DNA from: Hydrolagus affinis
Taxonomy: Eukaryota
Assembly (NCBI GenBank): GCA_012026655.1
Contig: JAAILG010001695.1
Span: 1 to 62,936 of the forward strand
Direction of reading: 5' to 3'
DNA length: 62,936 bases
Part shown: in pieces, positions 13,101 to 26,200 of the stretch
Numbering within the stretch: position 1 is the stretch's first letter
Layout of the letters: each line of letters begins with the position of its first letter
Position numbers and translations under genes: made by a program
Notes under the pieces: generated by a model
What the model was told of the DNA's origin: nothing
What the model saw: the letters and a program-made list of their open reading frames with translations, nothing else
The model's database searches: none

Positions 13101-15440
13101 CTTAGCAAACCGATTCTAAATATTAAGTGGTTCTTTACGGTATTTAAATCTGTTTTATTCAGAGCAGAGGGCCTTACTCTGGTTGTCTTAAAGCCTGTAA
13201 TTCACATTGTCTGTAGCTGGTTGTGCAATCACAAATATATTGTGCGTGTATGTGACACAGACCATTGTGTACATGAGGGAACTGAACGGATCACAAACCA
13301 GCACATTGGCTCAATTCAGTTTTACAGAGTTGCCTGTCTAGTTATTAGAAAGAAAAATGACAATGAAGGAAATGGAGATAGTCATTGGTGTAATTCCAGG
13401 TGGATGAGTAAGGACATGTCTCCTCCTGGAATTGGATGATTGTATCTGACCTAATAACCAACTGGGAACACGGATTTCCCAAAGCTGCTTCTCTTTGTGT
13501 TGACCTATGAATAGCTACTGACCACATCACCTCACCTAGGATGACTTGGGGCTCCAGGGGACCTGAAATTTAGACCATCTGAACTAAGGGCCCCCATCTG
13601 CCTCTCTCCACCAGTATCCCATCTATGAGACTGCCAGCCTTGAACTAAAATCATGAATGTAACTAGCCAGTACTTTTAAGTGCGGCTTATGCTAGAAATT
13701 ATTGGGAGTTAGCTTTAATGTGTTGTGTAGGAAAATAAATGTATTAATATATTGCTGTCTGTGAGTTGCACCTGTTTGAGATATTTCTGCACATAATTAG
13801 AAAATTCTACTGAACCGTTCAATTATGATGCAACCAAAGAGATGCACAGGAATGTGTGGCATATACCGATAAGGGGGAAGTAGAGCAGAGGAACTGTTGG
13901 CCTTTTTGCTGTTGTCATAGGTTGGCTAGAGTAACTTAAATCTTTATTTATCCCCAAATACTTTGATAGGCTACCCCAGGCAGTGCACACTCCCAACGCA
14001 CAAGTTACAAGGGTAACGTAGACACTTGAATCTTGGTCACTAGTGTTCAGGGCACATGTTTATACACACTCCTGCAGGCAGCAGTGTCCTCAATGGAGGT
14101 GACCTTGTGATAAACTTTAGTTGTGCTTGGGATTCCAGTCTAAACACGCAGAACTAATTACTTCTATCTGATGTGGCTTCCATTTTCAAAATAGTCTACC
14201 CACAAATGTGTATTTTCATCAGATGTGAAGCTATGCTCCTTCAAACGGCACTTGTGGCTTCAGTGGCTGAATCGACCTCTGAATTTAGCCAAGCGAGTAG
14301 GAAACACCTCCTGCCCAGCAGATGTTTTGAGGTTCCTATAATACATTTGTGTTATATGTGCACACTGTTAAGTAGTTCAGACTGATTTGGATTGTCACTG
14401 TTGGATGGTAGATAAGTGTTTAAATCTGCATGTGGGCATTGCAGTTTAAATCTCTGAATCCAAGGTTTGGGGATTAAATAATCTAGACTAATGTCCAGAG
14501 GAAGGCATAAAGATTAATCACTGGTACTTTGTAACTAATCATGTGTTTCGTGAATAAACAAAAATCAAGATTCTTTCTATTTTCTAATCTGTTCTGAGAA
14601 ATCCTCCATTCATCCTTCATTGTTATCTGTAACCATGTTTACGTAAAACAATCTGATATTGTTATAACTTGTGTAAAATGCTACATTACAGCAATGGTTT
14701 TGTGAGCATCCCAATATGTAGGAGTGTAGGAATTCCGATCTACAAATTAGTGAAATGGAAAATCTGAGTGTAAGAGTTTATCCAAACCTTTAAATGATAG
14801 CCATGATCTAACAACTTGTCTAATGTATATACAACCCTCAGATGTGTCTGAAAACGTGCATGATTCACTGATGGAATTTCTTTATTTTAAAGCAAAAGCT
14901 ACTTCAAAATCCACTCTTGAGTATTTGCCTATTTTCCTAATCACTGGTGATGTAAAAGTTCTAGGAATGGGAGGAGAAGGACGAGTGGTTGAATGCATTG
15001 GTGAGAGGTGAGGTCCTGCAAAGGCAGTGAATAAATGGCAGTCTAGTGTTTCCCATATCATTCCTGTATATCTGTTCTCCACTATCTGTTTCTACAAATT
15101 CTGAGTTAACTCGCATTTCTCTCGTGTGAAAGGGATACTTTAAAATGTTTTTGCTGCATTTGTAACTCAAAACATTTGGGACCAGTTCAGCGACTTACAG
15201 CCTAGCCTGCTTTAACTCTCTCTAATGACTTTATACTTGCTCTCATCTCATTGTACCACTGGCTGTTGTGAGCATGGCAGCAACGGAGTTAACTTATTTG
15301 TGAATGTTTGTAGATATTCTGTTTCCCTGCTTCTAACTTTGTCCTGTATTATATAAAAAATATAAATACATTTTGAATGTAATATAGAGCTTGTTGTGGC
15401 ATAAATTGAAAATAAAACTACATTTTATTAGGTTTAATTT
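10115..15440 (+). other. SMAP2: Putative long SMAP2 3'UTR
   Basis: About 5.3 kb without recognisable SINE/LINE in an otherwise repeat-rich window. It ends in an AU-rich stretch with AATAAA at 15411-15416; other AATAAA occur near 13734 and 14553. The end position is inferred. Confidence 0.55.
10772..10795. repeat. (AT)n microsatellite
   Basis: catatatatatatatatatatata. Confidence 0.9.
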
Positions 15441-16391
15441 GCATTTTAAATGAATCCAAAATTCTGTTTTGAAATTGAATCTCACTGGACTTGTCTTCTT
15501 CATAATTGCTGATTGATATCCTTTTCACTTTCCCATCCCTCCGACAATCTCAAAGTAAATCATTTCATTTCAGATGGCAGAAATGATGAAGCGCTGGAGT
15601 GTTTTGATTGAGAAGCACCCACGTGCCTACAAGTCATGGTTGGTGAACATAGGAAATGAGGTTTTGCAGTGCAGAAGAGAACAATTGAGTCTGCGCTTGA
15701 GTGCGGAGCTGTGAGCAACAGCAACAAAATGACATTTATAGAGCGCCTTTCATGTGGGAGGACGTCCCAAGGCGCTGGATTAGCCATTTCTAAAAAGCCC
15801 TTGCTTTTCCACAGCTGTTTCAGAGAAGATCGATCAGATACTAACAGGAATAGAGAAACTGAAAACGGGCGTAGAGTTTGGATATTTTGAGAATACCTAC
15901 TATTCCTTCGTGAAAGAAATTAGCTACTTTGACAAAGAAATTATAGAATCTTACGGCACAAAAGGAGGCCATTCGGTTCATCGAGTCTGTGCTGGCTCTT
16001 TAAAAAGAGCAGTTTAATTCCACTCCCCAGTTCTCTCCCCATAACCGCGCAAACCTGTCCTCCCCAAATAAATGTCTACCTCTCTTTTAAAAGTTGTTAA
16101 CGAATCAGCCTCCACCACCTTTTCTGGCAATGCATTCCAGATGGGCAGTACACCTTTCTTAAAACGCTTTGTCTGTAAGGCTATGGCTTATTGACTGAAA
16201 AACAGTAAAACCTCAATATTCTGAAAGCCAGCAAAATTTTTCCGATATAACCCAATCTCCCGAGGTTTGGAACAGCTGCTTGTAGTTCCTGGCATGGTCG
16301 CTCTGTCATGCAGCACTGGTTAGAGCTTGGGTTCAGGTGCTATGTTTACAGGACACGTGGTGTATGGGTCAAGGCTTCCAGAGCCATTTCT

Positions 16392-16715
16392 ATTATAATA
16401 ACAATCTTTCCATTTGATATAGCGCTTTTCACATCTTCTAGATGTCTGAAAGCGCTTCACAGAATATACTGTTAAGTGAATTGACTGTATATTTGTGGGT
16501 GAAACGCAGCAGCCAATTGCGCACAGCAGCGTCCCACAAACACAGCGTTCCACAAACAGTCGTGGATTGACATGACCAGTTATTGTTTTTACTTGAGAGA
16601 TTATTATCAGGCGTGTGCAATAAAGGAACTTGCCCAAAGTTTCACCCTGCCAGGAATTGAATCCAGCTCTCTCACTTGTGCGGCGAATGCTCTAACCATA
16701 GAGCTACAGGCCTCC
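16392..16715 (-). mobile_element. tRNA-derived SINE, full-length (short subfamily)
   Basis: Head ggaggcctgtagctctatggttagagca...gattcaattcc on the minus strand; same body and tail. Confidence 0.85.
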
Positions 16716-19240
16716 ACAATGGAGTGGGTGAGCAGTGGAGAATAGTGTGTGTTTGTGTGATCCAAAAGGCTGGAGATTCTGAAAAGCATTACCAGAACCA
16801 GATATGCCAATGCTGATAAGTTTTAATAGTTTGGTTTTTACAAGTCCATGCAGGTACAAGCTGTGTCTGTGGCATTAACACAATTCTTAGTAAAATGGCC
16901 GGCTGTGTGTTTTACAAAATTGCGTTATAGTCATCCGCAGAGTCCTGCTGCTTACAGACAAACGGTTACACTAATAGACACTTACAGTGGCGACCACAAG
17001 GGTCACAGGTAGAAAATGATTGAAGAGCACAAGTATAAAAATGACCATATTCTGAAAAAGACAGCAGCCATATTTTGCGACCTACACAACTAATTTCAGA
17101 CCATCCCAAAGGGATTGTTGAGACCCATCAGTTTTGAGTGGAGGAGCAAAGTGAAGAGATTGATTGAATCGATTAAATATGTAGTGGAGTTTTTTTTCCC
17201 CCATCTACAATGTAGTTTTGTTCAGTGGGATGTATGATCATGCCTGTGCTCAATATTTAGGGTGATCGGGGAAGGCACCAAAGGCAGACTCAACCTTTTA
17301 TTAACTATTATTACCTCTTCTACAATTCACTCCACCTATACATACACCTCACACCCACCTCGCATCCAGAGAATACAGAATTGGTCTGCTACAAAGCAAT
17401 GCTGACAAACCATCATAGCAGGACCTCCCCCCACTTATCCTGCTGAAGGGGTGCAGCTAGAGGGAAGGTTTAATAACGAAAGGATTAGAATTCGTCAGAG
17501 ATTTTCAATGGCCCCATTACCATTGAATCTGCACTACCTTACAAAGCAAGCTCTCTCTTACACCGCACTGCTCTGCCTTATCCTAAACCCTTTAAGCCTT
17601 TATATTTCACGAACCTGGCTACTTCCCTCTTGAAATCAACAATGGACTCTGCTTCTGCTACTTTGTAGGGTCTTCCATATTCCAATACTAGTGATACAAG
17701 TTATTGAACAATTCTTGAGTTAATTAACTCATAACTCCAATGGGGTTACTCATACTAAGACATTCTATAATTTCTAAGATTAAGTCAATGCATAAGATGA
17801 ATGCATTGGTGGATATATGATAGATTCATCCATCTCATCCCCTTTCTGAGACTCACTATCTCTCAGTGCAGTGAGTAAATTCCTCTGCCTCTGCTCAGTG
17901 ACTTTCCTCGGGTGAGCCACATAAGACTAGGAACTCACAATGAATGAAAATTATTATTGAAAGAATAAAGCATTTATTAAATTATAAACTTTCACATCTT
18001 TGATGTCTAAAACTAATTGTGTTTTGAATTTAAAACCCATTTTATTCTAGAACGTACCTTAGTCCAGTACAATGAGTGGAATAGGTTAGAATTGGAATTA
18101 CACAAGTGTTTTGTGGATAGCAGTGGGTTACATGTCTTAGCTTTAAATTCAGGCAATTCATACAATTAACAATGTTTATCATGTTAGGATAGTTGTAAAT
18201 TCAGCCTTCGTTTGAGAGTCGTAATTTAATAACAGCGGCAAAACCTTCAGGTTAAGCCTAAATTTAATAATTTCCCAAATTCTGCAGTTTTACATTTTAA
18301 AACCATGCTCAGAGGTTTGAGATCAGGTGCTATAGAACCCGAATGTTAAATTCTACATATCGTAAGAGCAATGGGTCACTGATTATTGTCTGGTTTCAAA
18401 ATCTAGCTTGTGTAGGTCACAGAGGCAATGGCTGCTGCCTCCTTTCATACAGACCACATTTAGCCTTCTCAGCAAGTTTCTGTGAGATACCACAACCATC
18501 TTCAGAGACCACAATGGGACCTTATTCATCGGAGAAACCATTTTGCTCAGAAAGTGAGATATTTTCAAAATAGTTACTATAATGAATGGCCTGGTACAAG
18601 GTTTGAGTGCAAAGTCTGGTCCTAATTAGTATTTCCCTGTGGGACTTGGAGGGTCTTGAGTCAACTTTACCAGCATCACCCGGGCCATCCTAAGGTAAGG
18701 AACACCCAGGAGGAAGCTACCCAGCTCATCAAACCTGTCTCAGTTTATTTGATCATTATTTAATCACATTTTCCCAAAGGTGGGGAAGAGGGATAAAACT
18801 GTCCTAACTCACACTGGTTCCTCTCCAACTGGACTTTTTAAAATGGAATCGGCTGTTTTTGCGGATGATAATAATAAAATAATCCTTGAATTTGATACAG
18901 GGCCTTATCACACAATTAAGACGCTTCTCGGAATATATTGTAAAGTGGATTGACTATTTGGAGGACATTTCAGATCCAAGAGATCCGATAAAAATGTTTT
19001 CACTTTCAACATAGATCCACCTCTAGGAATTATTACACAGTAAAAGACTCATTCCAGTGCAGATTTTGCATTCACATTGGAAATATAGTTTCTCTCTTCC
19101 CTCTGTAACTCTTCCACCTGTTCTGGAATCAGTTCACCCAACACTGACTAAGTCAGTTGTGCAACTGATTCTAACTGAAAGTGTTTCCACAGGGAGGAGG
19201 AGGGCAAAAGCCAGCAGAAGTTCTTATCGAAGTATTTATA

Positions 19241-19446
19241 CAGTAAAAGCCCATTTATCCGGCACCCAGTCAACCGTAACTTCTGTATAACTGGCATCGC
19301 GAAAAAAAGGTCCGTATTTCATTAATCGGAATTTATCCGGAAAAATGCATTACGTTTTGTTTTTTGCGTTTTCGGCAGAATATCTGGCAGGCACTTTAAC
19401 CGGCATTGGCCAGGTCCCAAGGGTGACAGATAAACAGTTTTTACTG
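19241..19446. mobile_element. MITE of the same family as 875-1605 (opposite orientation), 206 bp
   Basis: TA|cagtaaaagcccatttatcc ... taaacagtttttactg|TA; subterminal ctttaaccggcattggccaggtccc is the reverse complement of sequence at ~905-930. Confidence 0.85.
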
Positions 19447-19449
19447 TAT

Positions 19450-19980
19450 ATTGTTGGGGGCCTTAAGTCAATTAAGTTTGGTGATCACGATGCTGGGGCA
19501 AAGTGGCATAGACTCGTGCTCAGAAGCGATGAACAGAGTTTAGATTTAAATAGTTCACTACAAAGTGTAGTGAATGGGTGATACAGACTAAGCAAGAGGT
19601 TCAGAAGGTAGGATAGATTATTGGTGACTATAATCAATTGAGATTGCCCATTTGGAATGCAATAGTCCATTCTATACTTATACTAACTGAAAGTGCAGAA
19701 GAGCAAATAGTATGAGATAGGCAGCAGTTCCCAGAACTAGATGGGGAGACCCCATAGAGTTGTGAATACTTTAGAGGTTATTATCTATGTCTAATTAACT
19801 AATTATTAGACATTAATTATGATGTTTAAAAGAGAGATACATACCTGGTAGATACGGTTATCGAAGGGTGAGGGGAAGATACAGGAAAATTGAATTAAAG
19901 ATGTACATACCATGATTTAATAAATTAATGGAACGGGTTTGATTTTTGAGTTACTTCCTCCTATTCCTAGAACCCTAGAT
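19450..19980 (+). mobile_element. Highly degenerate CR1 fragment
   Basis: IKFGD.. RT remnant and CR1-like 3' sequence. Confidence 0.45.
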
Positions 19981-22900
19981 GTGGGTTTCCATTATTTTTC
20001 ATTGACCATATCTGCCAGGTGTAAGTGAGCAATACCTTGACTCTCCTCTGGTTGATTTTTGAGGAATACTTGTGAAGATATTTGCAAGGGATTAATATAC
20101 TGTAAATCAATTTACAACACATTAACTTTGTGTAACCTATTTTGCTTCAGCGAGGAATAATACAGGAAGAATTAGCAAATTTCACCACAACCATTGCTAC
20201 ATCACGCTAGGGTCATTTAAAAAAAATTGGACACTCTTGATATTTGCCTCTGAAAGGTGGTCTCCTGTCTCTTTAGAATCTTTTTGTTAGAACCCTTACC
20301 ATTCTTTCCAATTGAAAACGTCATAATTATACCCAATATAGAGAGGTTTAGTGCACTTATATACTTCACAAAGACAGTGCCACCAAGCCTAATAAGAAAT
20401 GCGGCTTATTCGGACCAAACTTTACAAGACGGTCATTAATTCTATCGAACGGATGCTGAGACATCTGACAGTTTCATAGCAAAACACGCTACTTACATGG
20501 AAAGAAATGCCCTTTAACAGTACATCATCAGATGTGGCGATTCTTGATGTTATGACAAAACTGCATAAAGTTCCTTTATAAAAACCATCTCAGTGCTCAT
20601 ACAAAATTGATTTGCGGTCTTGGCCTTGCTATGGAGAAGGGGGTGGTGGGTGGGGTGGGGTGGGAAGGGGGCGGAAGAAAACCAGCATCATGCATAAGGG
20701 CAAATGGTGGCCAGTGATCTTTTGTTTGCAACAAGAAATGCTTTTTTTTGTTTTCCTGTGAATATTGTGTCTTCTGCAGTGCTGTGTTGAAGAAGTTAAT
20801 TCTTTCTCAGTTGGTCAACAGTAAACTGATTGCACAGATTTTTTTCCCCCCGTTTTGTACCATAAGAACTTTGACCGCGCATCACCTCACTGGAGATACG
20901 GTGGGGTCTCCTATGGATGACAGATGATGATTCATCATGTTGTATCCGGGCAAACCACTTAATGTTCTCGTACGTAGTGGAACCCAATGTATTTTCGCTG
21001 GAACTCTTTTGCAGTGACGTGCATTCTGTTGAGAGATCACAACTACATGCGTGACATTGCTACATTTCTGCATAATTAAACAAAATACCACAGTTAATTC
21101 AGCATGACCTTATTTATCTTCACCCATCGGCAAGTCCTGAATCCAGTGGATGTGAGGACTGAAGGACCTTGAGATGTTTAGCAGTGATGCCATTGAAAAG
21201 TTTATTCAAAGCTTGTGCAAAAGTGAGCTAACGATGAGATTTTAAAAGCTATGAAGCAGCCTCCTAGAATTTCTCTGCACTATGTGCTGCAGATGGTGTA
21301 CATCAGAGACCTTCAAGTACAACTGGAATGCTAATGTCCAACATAAAAGAGCTCCATGCCTACACATGCCCATTTTCACAAGGCAACAAGGGCTCTGCTT
21401 AAATATGGATTTCTTTATTCTGCTCTGGAACAGTCCTCGTATTGACTCATCCAGCGTGAGGTTGCCTCATTGCTGATCTTTCTTCAGCATCACGTTGAGA
21501 GTGCATTGCTAGGTCCATGTCAACTCCACTCACCGAACTCAAGACAAGCGATGTGATTCCCTTTTGTATTTCATGCGTCGATCAAGACTAACTTCAATAT
21601 TCTTCAATTTGAGCAAACAACATTAAGCAACATCCCTGTGTATAATCTACAGTATAAATTCACTGGATCCACGGTCCACAGTGCAGCAAAGAAAAAAACA
21701 CAGTAGCCCTTCTAAACCTTGTGCTGCCTGTAGTCAAAACCCACTGAGTTCCATGTCTATGGGTATATACATGATTGCACTGGTTAGCTCCACCAACACG
21801 ACCCTGGAAAGAACATGCAGAAATCCACCGTTTTATTCGTAGTTTTAAGACAAAACGAGACAAGTGTGCGGAGGGTTGGATTAACAATGGGTTGGTGGGA
21901 CTCCAGGGCTGAAGAGAATGGAGACGGTCTCAGTCAGCCAGATCATTGAGTACACGGCAAATGGAATACGCAATGTGCTCTGTGCTCTCCACTTGCTGAG
22001 CAATTACAGCAGGAACTGGCTGAAGACTATAAAAGGATTTAAAAAGTAGCTAATTATTAGGATTCAAGATGCCAAGGAAGGGTATTGGTACGATATCTAA
22101 ACCAGTGCAAGAGGAGTAGGGGGTTCAGCATGCCATCTCATTGGGTAAGATAGTCACTCGTGGCCAGTTTGGTAAGGCTCAGGTGTGATCAAATGGGTTG
22201 GAGGATAGGAAAAAAAAACACTGACCTTTTAAGGAGGGTCATCACAGATGCCAAGCAGCTGAAACAGTAACTTTCTGAACCGTTTCCGAGACACCCTTCA
22301 CAGAATCATAGAAATACATAGCACAGAAGGAGGCCAGTCGGCCCATTGTGCCTATGCTGGCTTCTTGAGGTAAACATCCAACATTTATATTCTCAAATTT
22401 GAACATTCCCACACCCCCTCTCTCCACCCACCCCCCACACCATTTGATAATGTGCAACCACAATAGTGCTTTACAAGAAATATCAGCCATTTGTTGGGGA
22501 GGATGGGATGGGGGTTAACAAGGATGTCCTGTGAATATCAAGGAATGAAAAATACTCAGACATTCCAAAGATAATCCGAAGATGGATCCATTTCTGATCT
22601 CTTAGGGCTCAGCTTAACATGAATGGTTTGATCACCTGGCTGAATATCTAAGCCAACAGTTTGGACTCGTTCTTAATTATTTTGGGGGGGTGGGTGGGTG
22701 CGGGATGGGGGGAGAGAAGAAGGTGTTATCTACAGTGTGTGTATGGTACTGTCAGGAACGGGAAGATATATCATGTCACATCCCCTCTTCCCCCTCCCAT
22801 CCTAACTCAACCCACTCGAGCTATTGCATGATATCACCGGGCTCACGGATGTTTTGTTTGTTTCTCCGGTGATAAGCGTCTGGCTGTGCTGGATGCCAGA

Positions 22901-23076
22901 ATGTCCCCGGCAGACAAAAACGAAACATGGTAAAAGGACATGGGCGTGTGGAGTGGTTTGTCAAGTGGCAAGACGGTTATTTACAGCTTTCTCTCGGTGT
23001 GCCCGTAGCGCGCAGCCGCTGTCTTGTGGAGTGGGTGGTGGGGTGGGGGGAGCAGGGGGGTCGTGGGATGGGGTGC

Positions 23077-23289
23077 CTAATGGCAGGTGGGACTCGTAGC
23101 ACTGTCCAGCGAGGACTGAGAGAGACGACGAGTGATGGGAGTGACAGACGAGTCCACCAGTGATGACGTGGGGAAGAGCTTGTACCAGCCAGTGACCATG
23201 TTGGAGAGATCCAGTTCCTCCAGGTGGATCTGGGCCATCCCCATAAAATACTTGTGGTCCATTCGACCATAATCGCCCCAGACTATTAC
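23077..23289 (-). CDS. RIMS3: RIMS3 last coding exon (VIVWGDYGRMDHKYFMGMAQIHLEELDLS...RRLSQSSLDSATSPTCH*)
   Basis: gtctacag| acceptor; stop TAG at 23077-23079. Confidence 0.95.
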   Translation of the reverse strand, partial: VIVWGDYGRMDHKYFMGMAQIHLEELDLSNMVTGWYKLFPTSSLVDSSVTPITRRLSQSSLDSATSPTCH

Positions 23290-26200
23290 CTGTAGACACA
23301 GCATAGAGTGTGAATATATACATAGTGTTAGTTACATGGTGAATTACATATGACATTGCAGCATGGAAGCAGTAATGTAAAACAATAGGTTAGCTCTAGC
23401 CGAAAGGTAGGAGGAGTTCATTTGACTCATTGAGTCAGTGCCATGCTAAATCTGTCACCCTTTTTAATTCATCCCACTTATCCCTTAATGTTTTCTCTGC
23501 CCGGGTCGTCGTGTCGTGCTTCTTTTCAATGTGTTTGCCTACGAAACTCACAGTCACGACATTTTGAATGTCGACGTGTGACAAGCTTTGAGACATAGTA
23601 TTATTAATAATAATAATAATAATCCTTGCATTTGATGTAGCTCTTTTCTCATCTTCTAGATGTCTCAAGGTGCTGCACAAAATATACTGTAAAGTGAATT
23701 GACTATGTATTTGTAGGTGAAACGCGACAGCCAATCGAACACAGGTCTCTCTCTTGCAAGGCGAGTGCTCTAACCAGAGAAGTACAGGAAACCACAATGA
23801 AGTGGGTGAACAGTAGAGAATGATGTGACAGGACATCAAATGCAAGGATTGTTATTCCTCGTAACACTTTGCATTTATAGACCTTAGTTGCATCTCAGAG
23901 CGCTTAAAAGCGGAGCTTGACGCAGAGCCAGGGAGAGGGAAAGTGACCATAGGAGGCATTGAGATAGGGAGTTCCTGAGTTTTGAGGCTTACTGGTTTGA
24001 AGCATGTTTCCTCAATCTTGAAACCAATCCATTCTGCATTAGGGAGCCAGTGAACCATGGGACCAATTGGAGTGATGGGGGTGCGGAGTTTAGTATGGGT
24101 GAGGATTCTGGTGGCAGAGTTGTGAGTCAGTGACTAATCACTTGTTTCACATCAATTCATATCATTTCACTTCAAACTAATCACTTCATTTCTACAGCTT
24201 CCATTCCAGGGAATGGAAGCTGTAGATAGATGGCCCAGTCCTCCTCCTCACCACACAGGCGCCAAAGGTCAGCCTTAAGATGCTGTCACCCCTTCCTATG
24301 CTTCTAATTGTACCAGCCTCTGATGAACTCTGGAGGCAGCCATCTTTGGAGCTGGCATGGAGGCTACAGAGATCGTAAAGGGGACTGATCATTCAGCCAC
24401 CCCCGCACCCACACCCCATCCCTCCCGCCAAGAATATTTTTACCCACAAAGGCTCGTCACACTGACGTTCTCTTGTCAGGGACTGATTGGGACACTGACC
24501 TGTAACACCTTGCCCTGGGGGCTTTCCTCGAACATCAGGGGCTGTTGATACAGAGGGTCCACAGTCTTCCTAGAAATCTTGGTTTTCCTCTTTGCTATAC
24601 ACACACCGTTTTCCAGTAGATACACCTTGATGTAGGGAGCTGTGGGGTGTGGCACACAGTTAGACACACTAAGTAGAGGAACGGAAGATACAGAAATAAA
24701 TTTCAGTATTGGGTTACATGCCGAAAAAATGCACCAGCCTGTGCGCGCGCATGTGTGTGTGTGTGTGTGTGTGTTGGGACACACCTGACGTGAAAGGTGC
24801 TATACCAGGTAATTTTGTTGTTTTGTTATTGTGTGTGTATCACATGACACACCAGGAACACGCACAGTTTCTTATTCAAATTTGATGATCATCATTAAAT
24901 TAGCCTATTGGGTAACTCAACATAAAGAGATCTCGGCCATGATTTTCCATGTGTAGGTGGGATGCATGGAAATCGCAGCTTGGTTTGGATATTCTTAAAC
25001 ATAGTGAACGGTTTCTGCATGTTTCAGACACCCGGCTGACCAAAGTCATTGAGAAACACTGCTGCATGTCACTTGCTTGTTTATCAGTGTTTTGAGACAT
25101 CCTCCTGACGTGAAAGGCGCTATACAAATGTAATTTTATTCTTGCTGTTATTGTTTATAATCTACACCCCATTGTTTTAAAATCCCAAACCATTGTAAAA
25201 ACCCCATTGTTGGAAAAAAAAACTCCAACCATTGCTCCTAAATACATTTTCAAGTTAGGCAACCCATAATTGCATTCAATATTCAACATGGAACCTGATC
25301 TGGGGCCTCCACACCGCATTCACTTGTGACTGAATCTTGCTCTCCAATCTTTTACCTGGAACTCGCCCTCGGTAGTAACCAATGGTGTAAGGGAGACAAC
25401 AGCTGCGGTGGATCAGTCAGGGAGTGGACTGGAATCACTAGTGTGACAGATAGTGTAGTGGGGATGGAGCACTTACCCACTGCAGCTGGTGCCCGCGGGT
25501 GAGGCTGGCATGTACCTGGTAGGGTTTTGGAGCTGGGCTTCGGTATGAGTCCTCGAGCCTGGAATATCTCCACTTCCAGCTGCCCGCTGCGATCAATCAC
25601 ACCAATGTGAATATCACCTGCCACACACAGACCAGACTTTGTTCAGTACCACTGATGAGAGTCAGTGCGTATATGATTACAGGCCTCCAGTCAGTGTGTA
25701 ATAGAGGCACTGTAGGATAGTGCGAGAGCAATGCAGGGAAATATTAATCATAATAATAATCATTTTATTTAATATAGCACCTTATCATGTCGGGAGGCAT
25801 CTCAAAGCGCTTCATTGAATACACTGTAACGTGAATTGAATGTATATTTTGTGGACAAAACAATTTGAGAGGCAAAGTATGCAATTTTTACAACTGTAGA
25901 GACAGTGTGTGTCTAATAATTCATGATGTTACCAAAGCCAGTGTGTAATTACAGTACAATAGGCAAAGTATGTATCATGTACCAAGTATACAAAGTATGT
26001 GTTATGTACCAAGGCCAACAGTAGCCCAAACAGAGCTGAGATCTGATACCTACTGACTAGGTCTGTCCATAACAACAACAACAACTTGCACTTATATAAG
26101 GCCCGCCACACAGGGTAGCTTCTCAGAGCGCTTAGAACCTTAACTCTGAACCTAACTCTGACCGCACTCTCGCAAGAGCTGACTTCTCTCATTTGCTGAT

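Larger units (their letters stand above)
16800..23076 (-). other. RIMS3: Putative long RIMS3 3'UTR
   Basis: Mostly unique sequence downstream of the stop codon. Candidate minus-strand poly(A) signals: AATAAA at 21201-21206, 18041-18046 and 17973-17978, and ATTAAA at 16822-16827. The extent is inferred. Confidence 0.4.

Noticed and set aside
19788-19814. Short AT-rich hairpin tgtctaattaactaattattagaca
   Set aside because: Too short and AT-rich, and it lies within a decayed CR1 fragment
22369-22385. miR-30-like string gtaaacatcc (miR-30 genes are syntenic with this paralogon)
   Set aside because: The initial T of TGTAAACATCC is missing, there is no complementary star arm, and it abuts a CR1 tail
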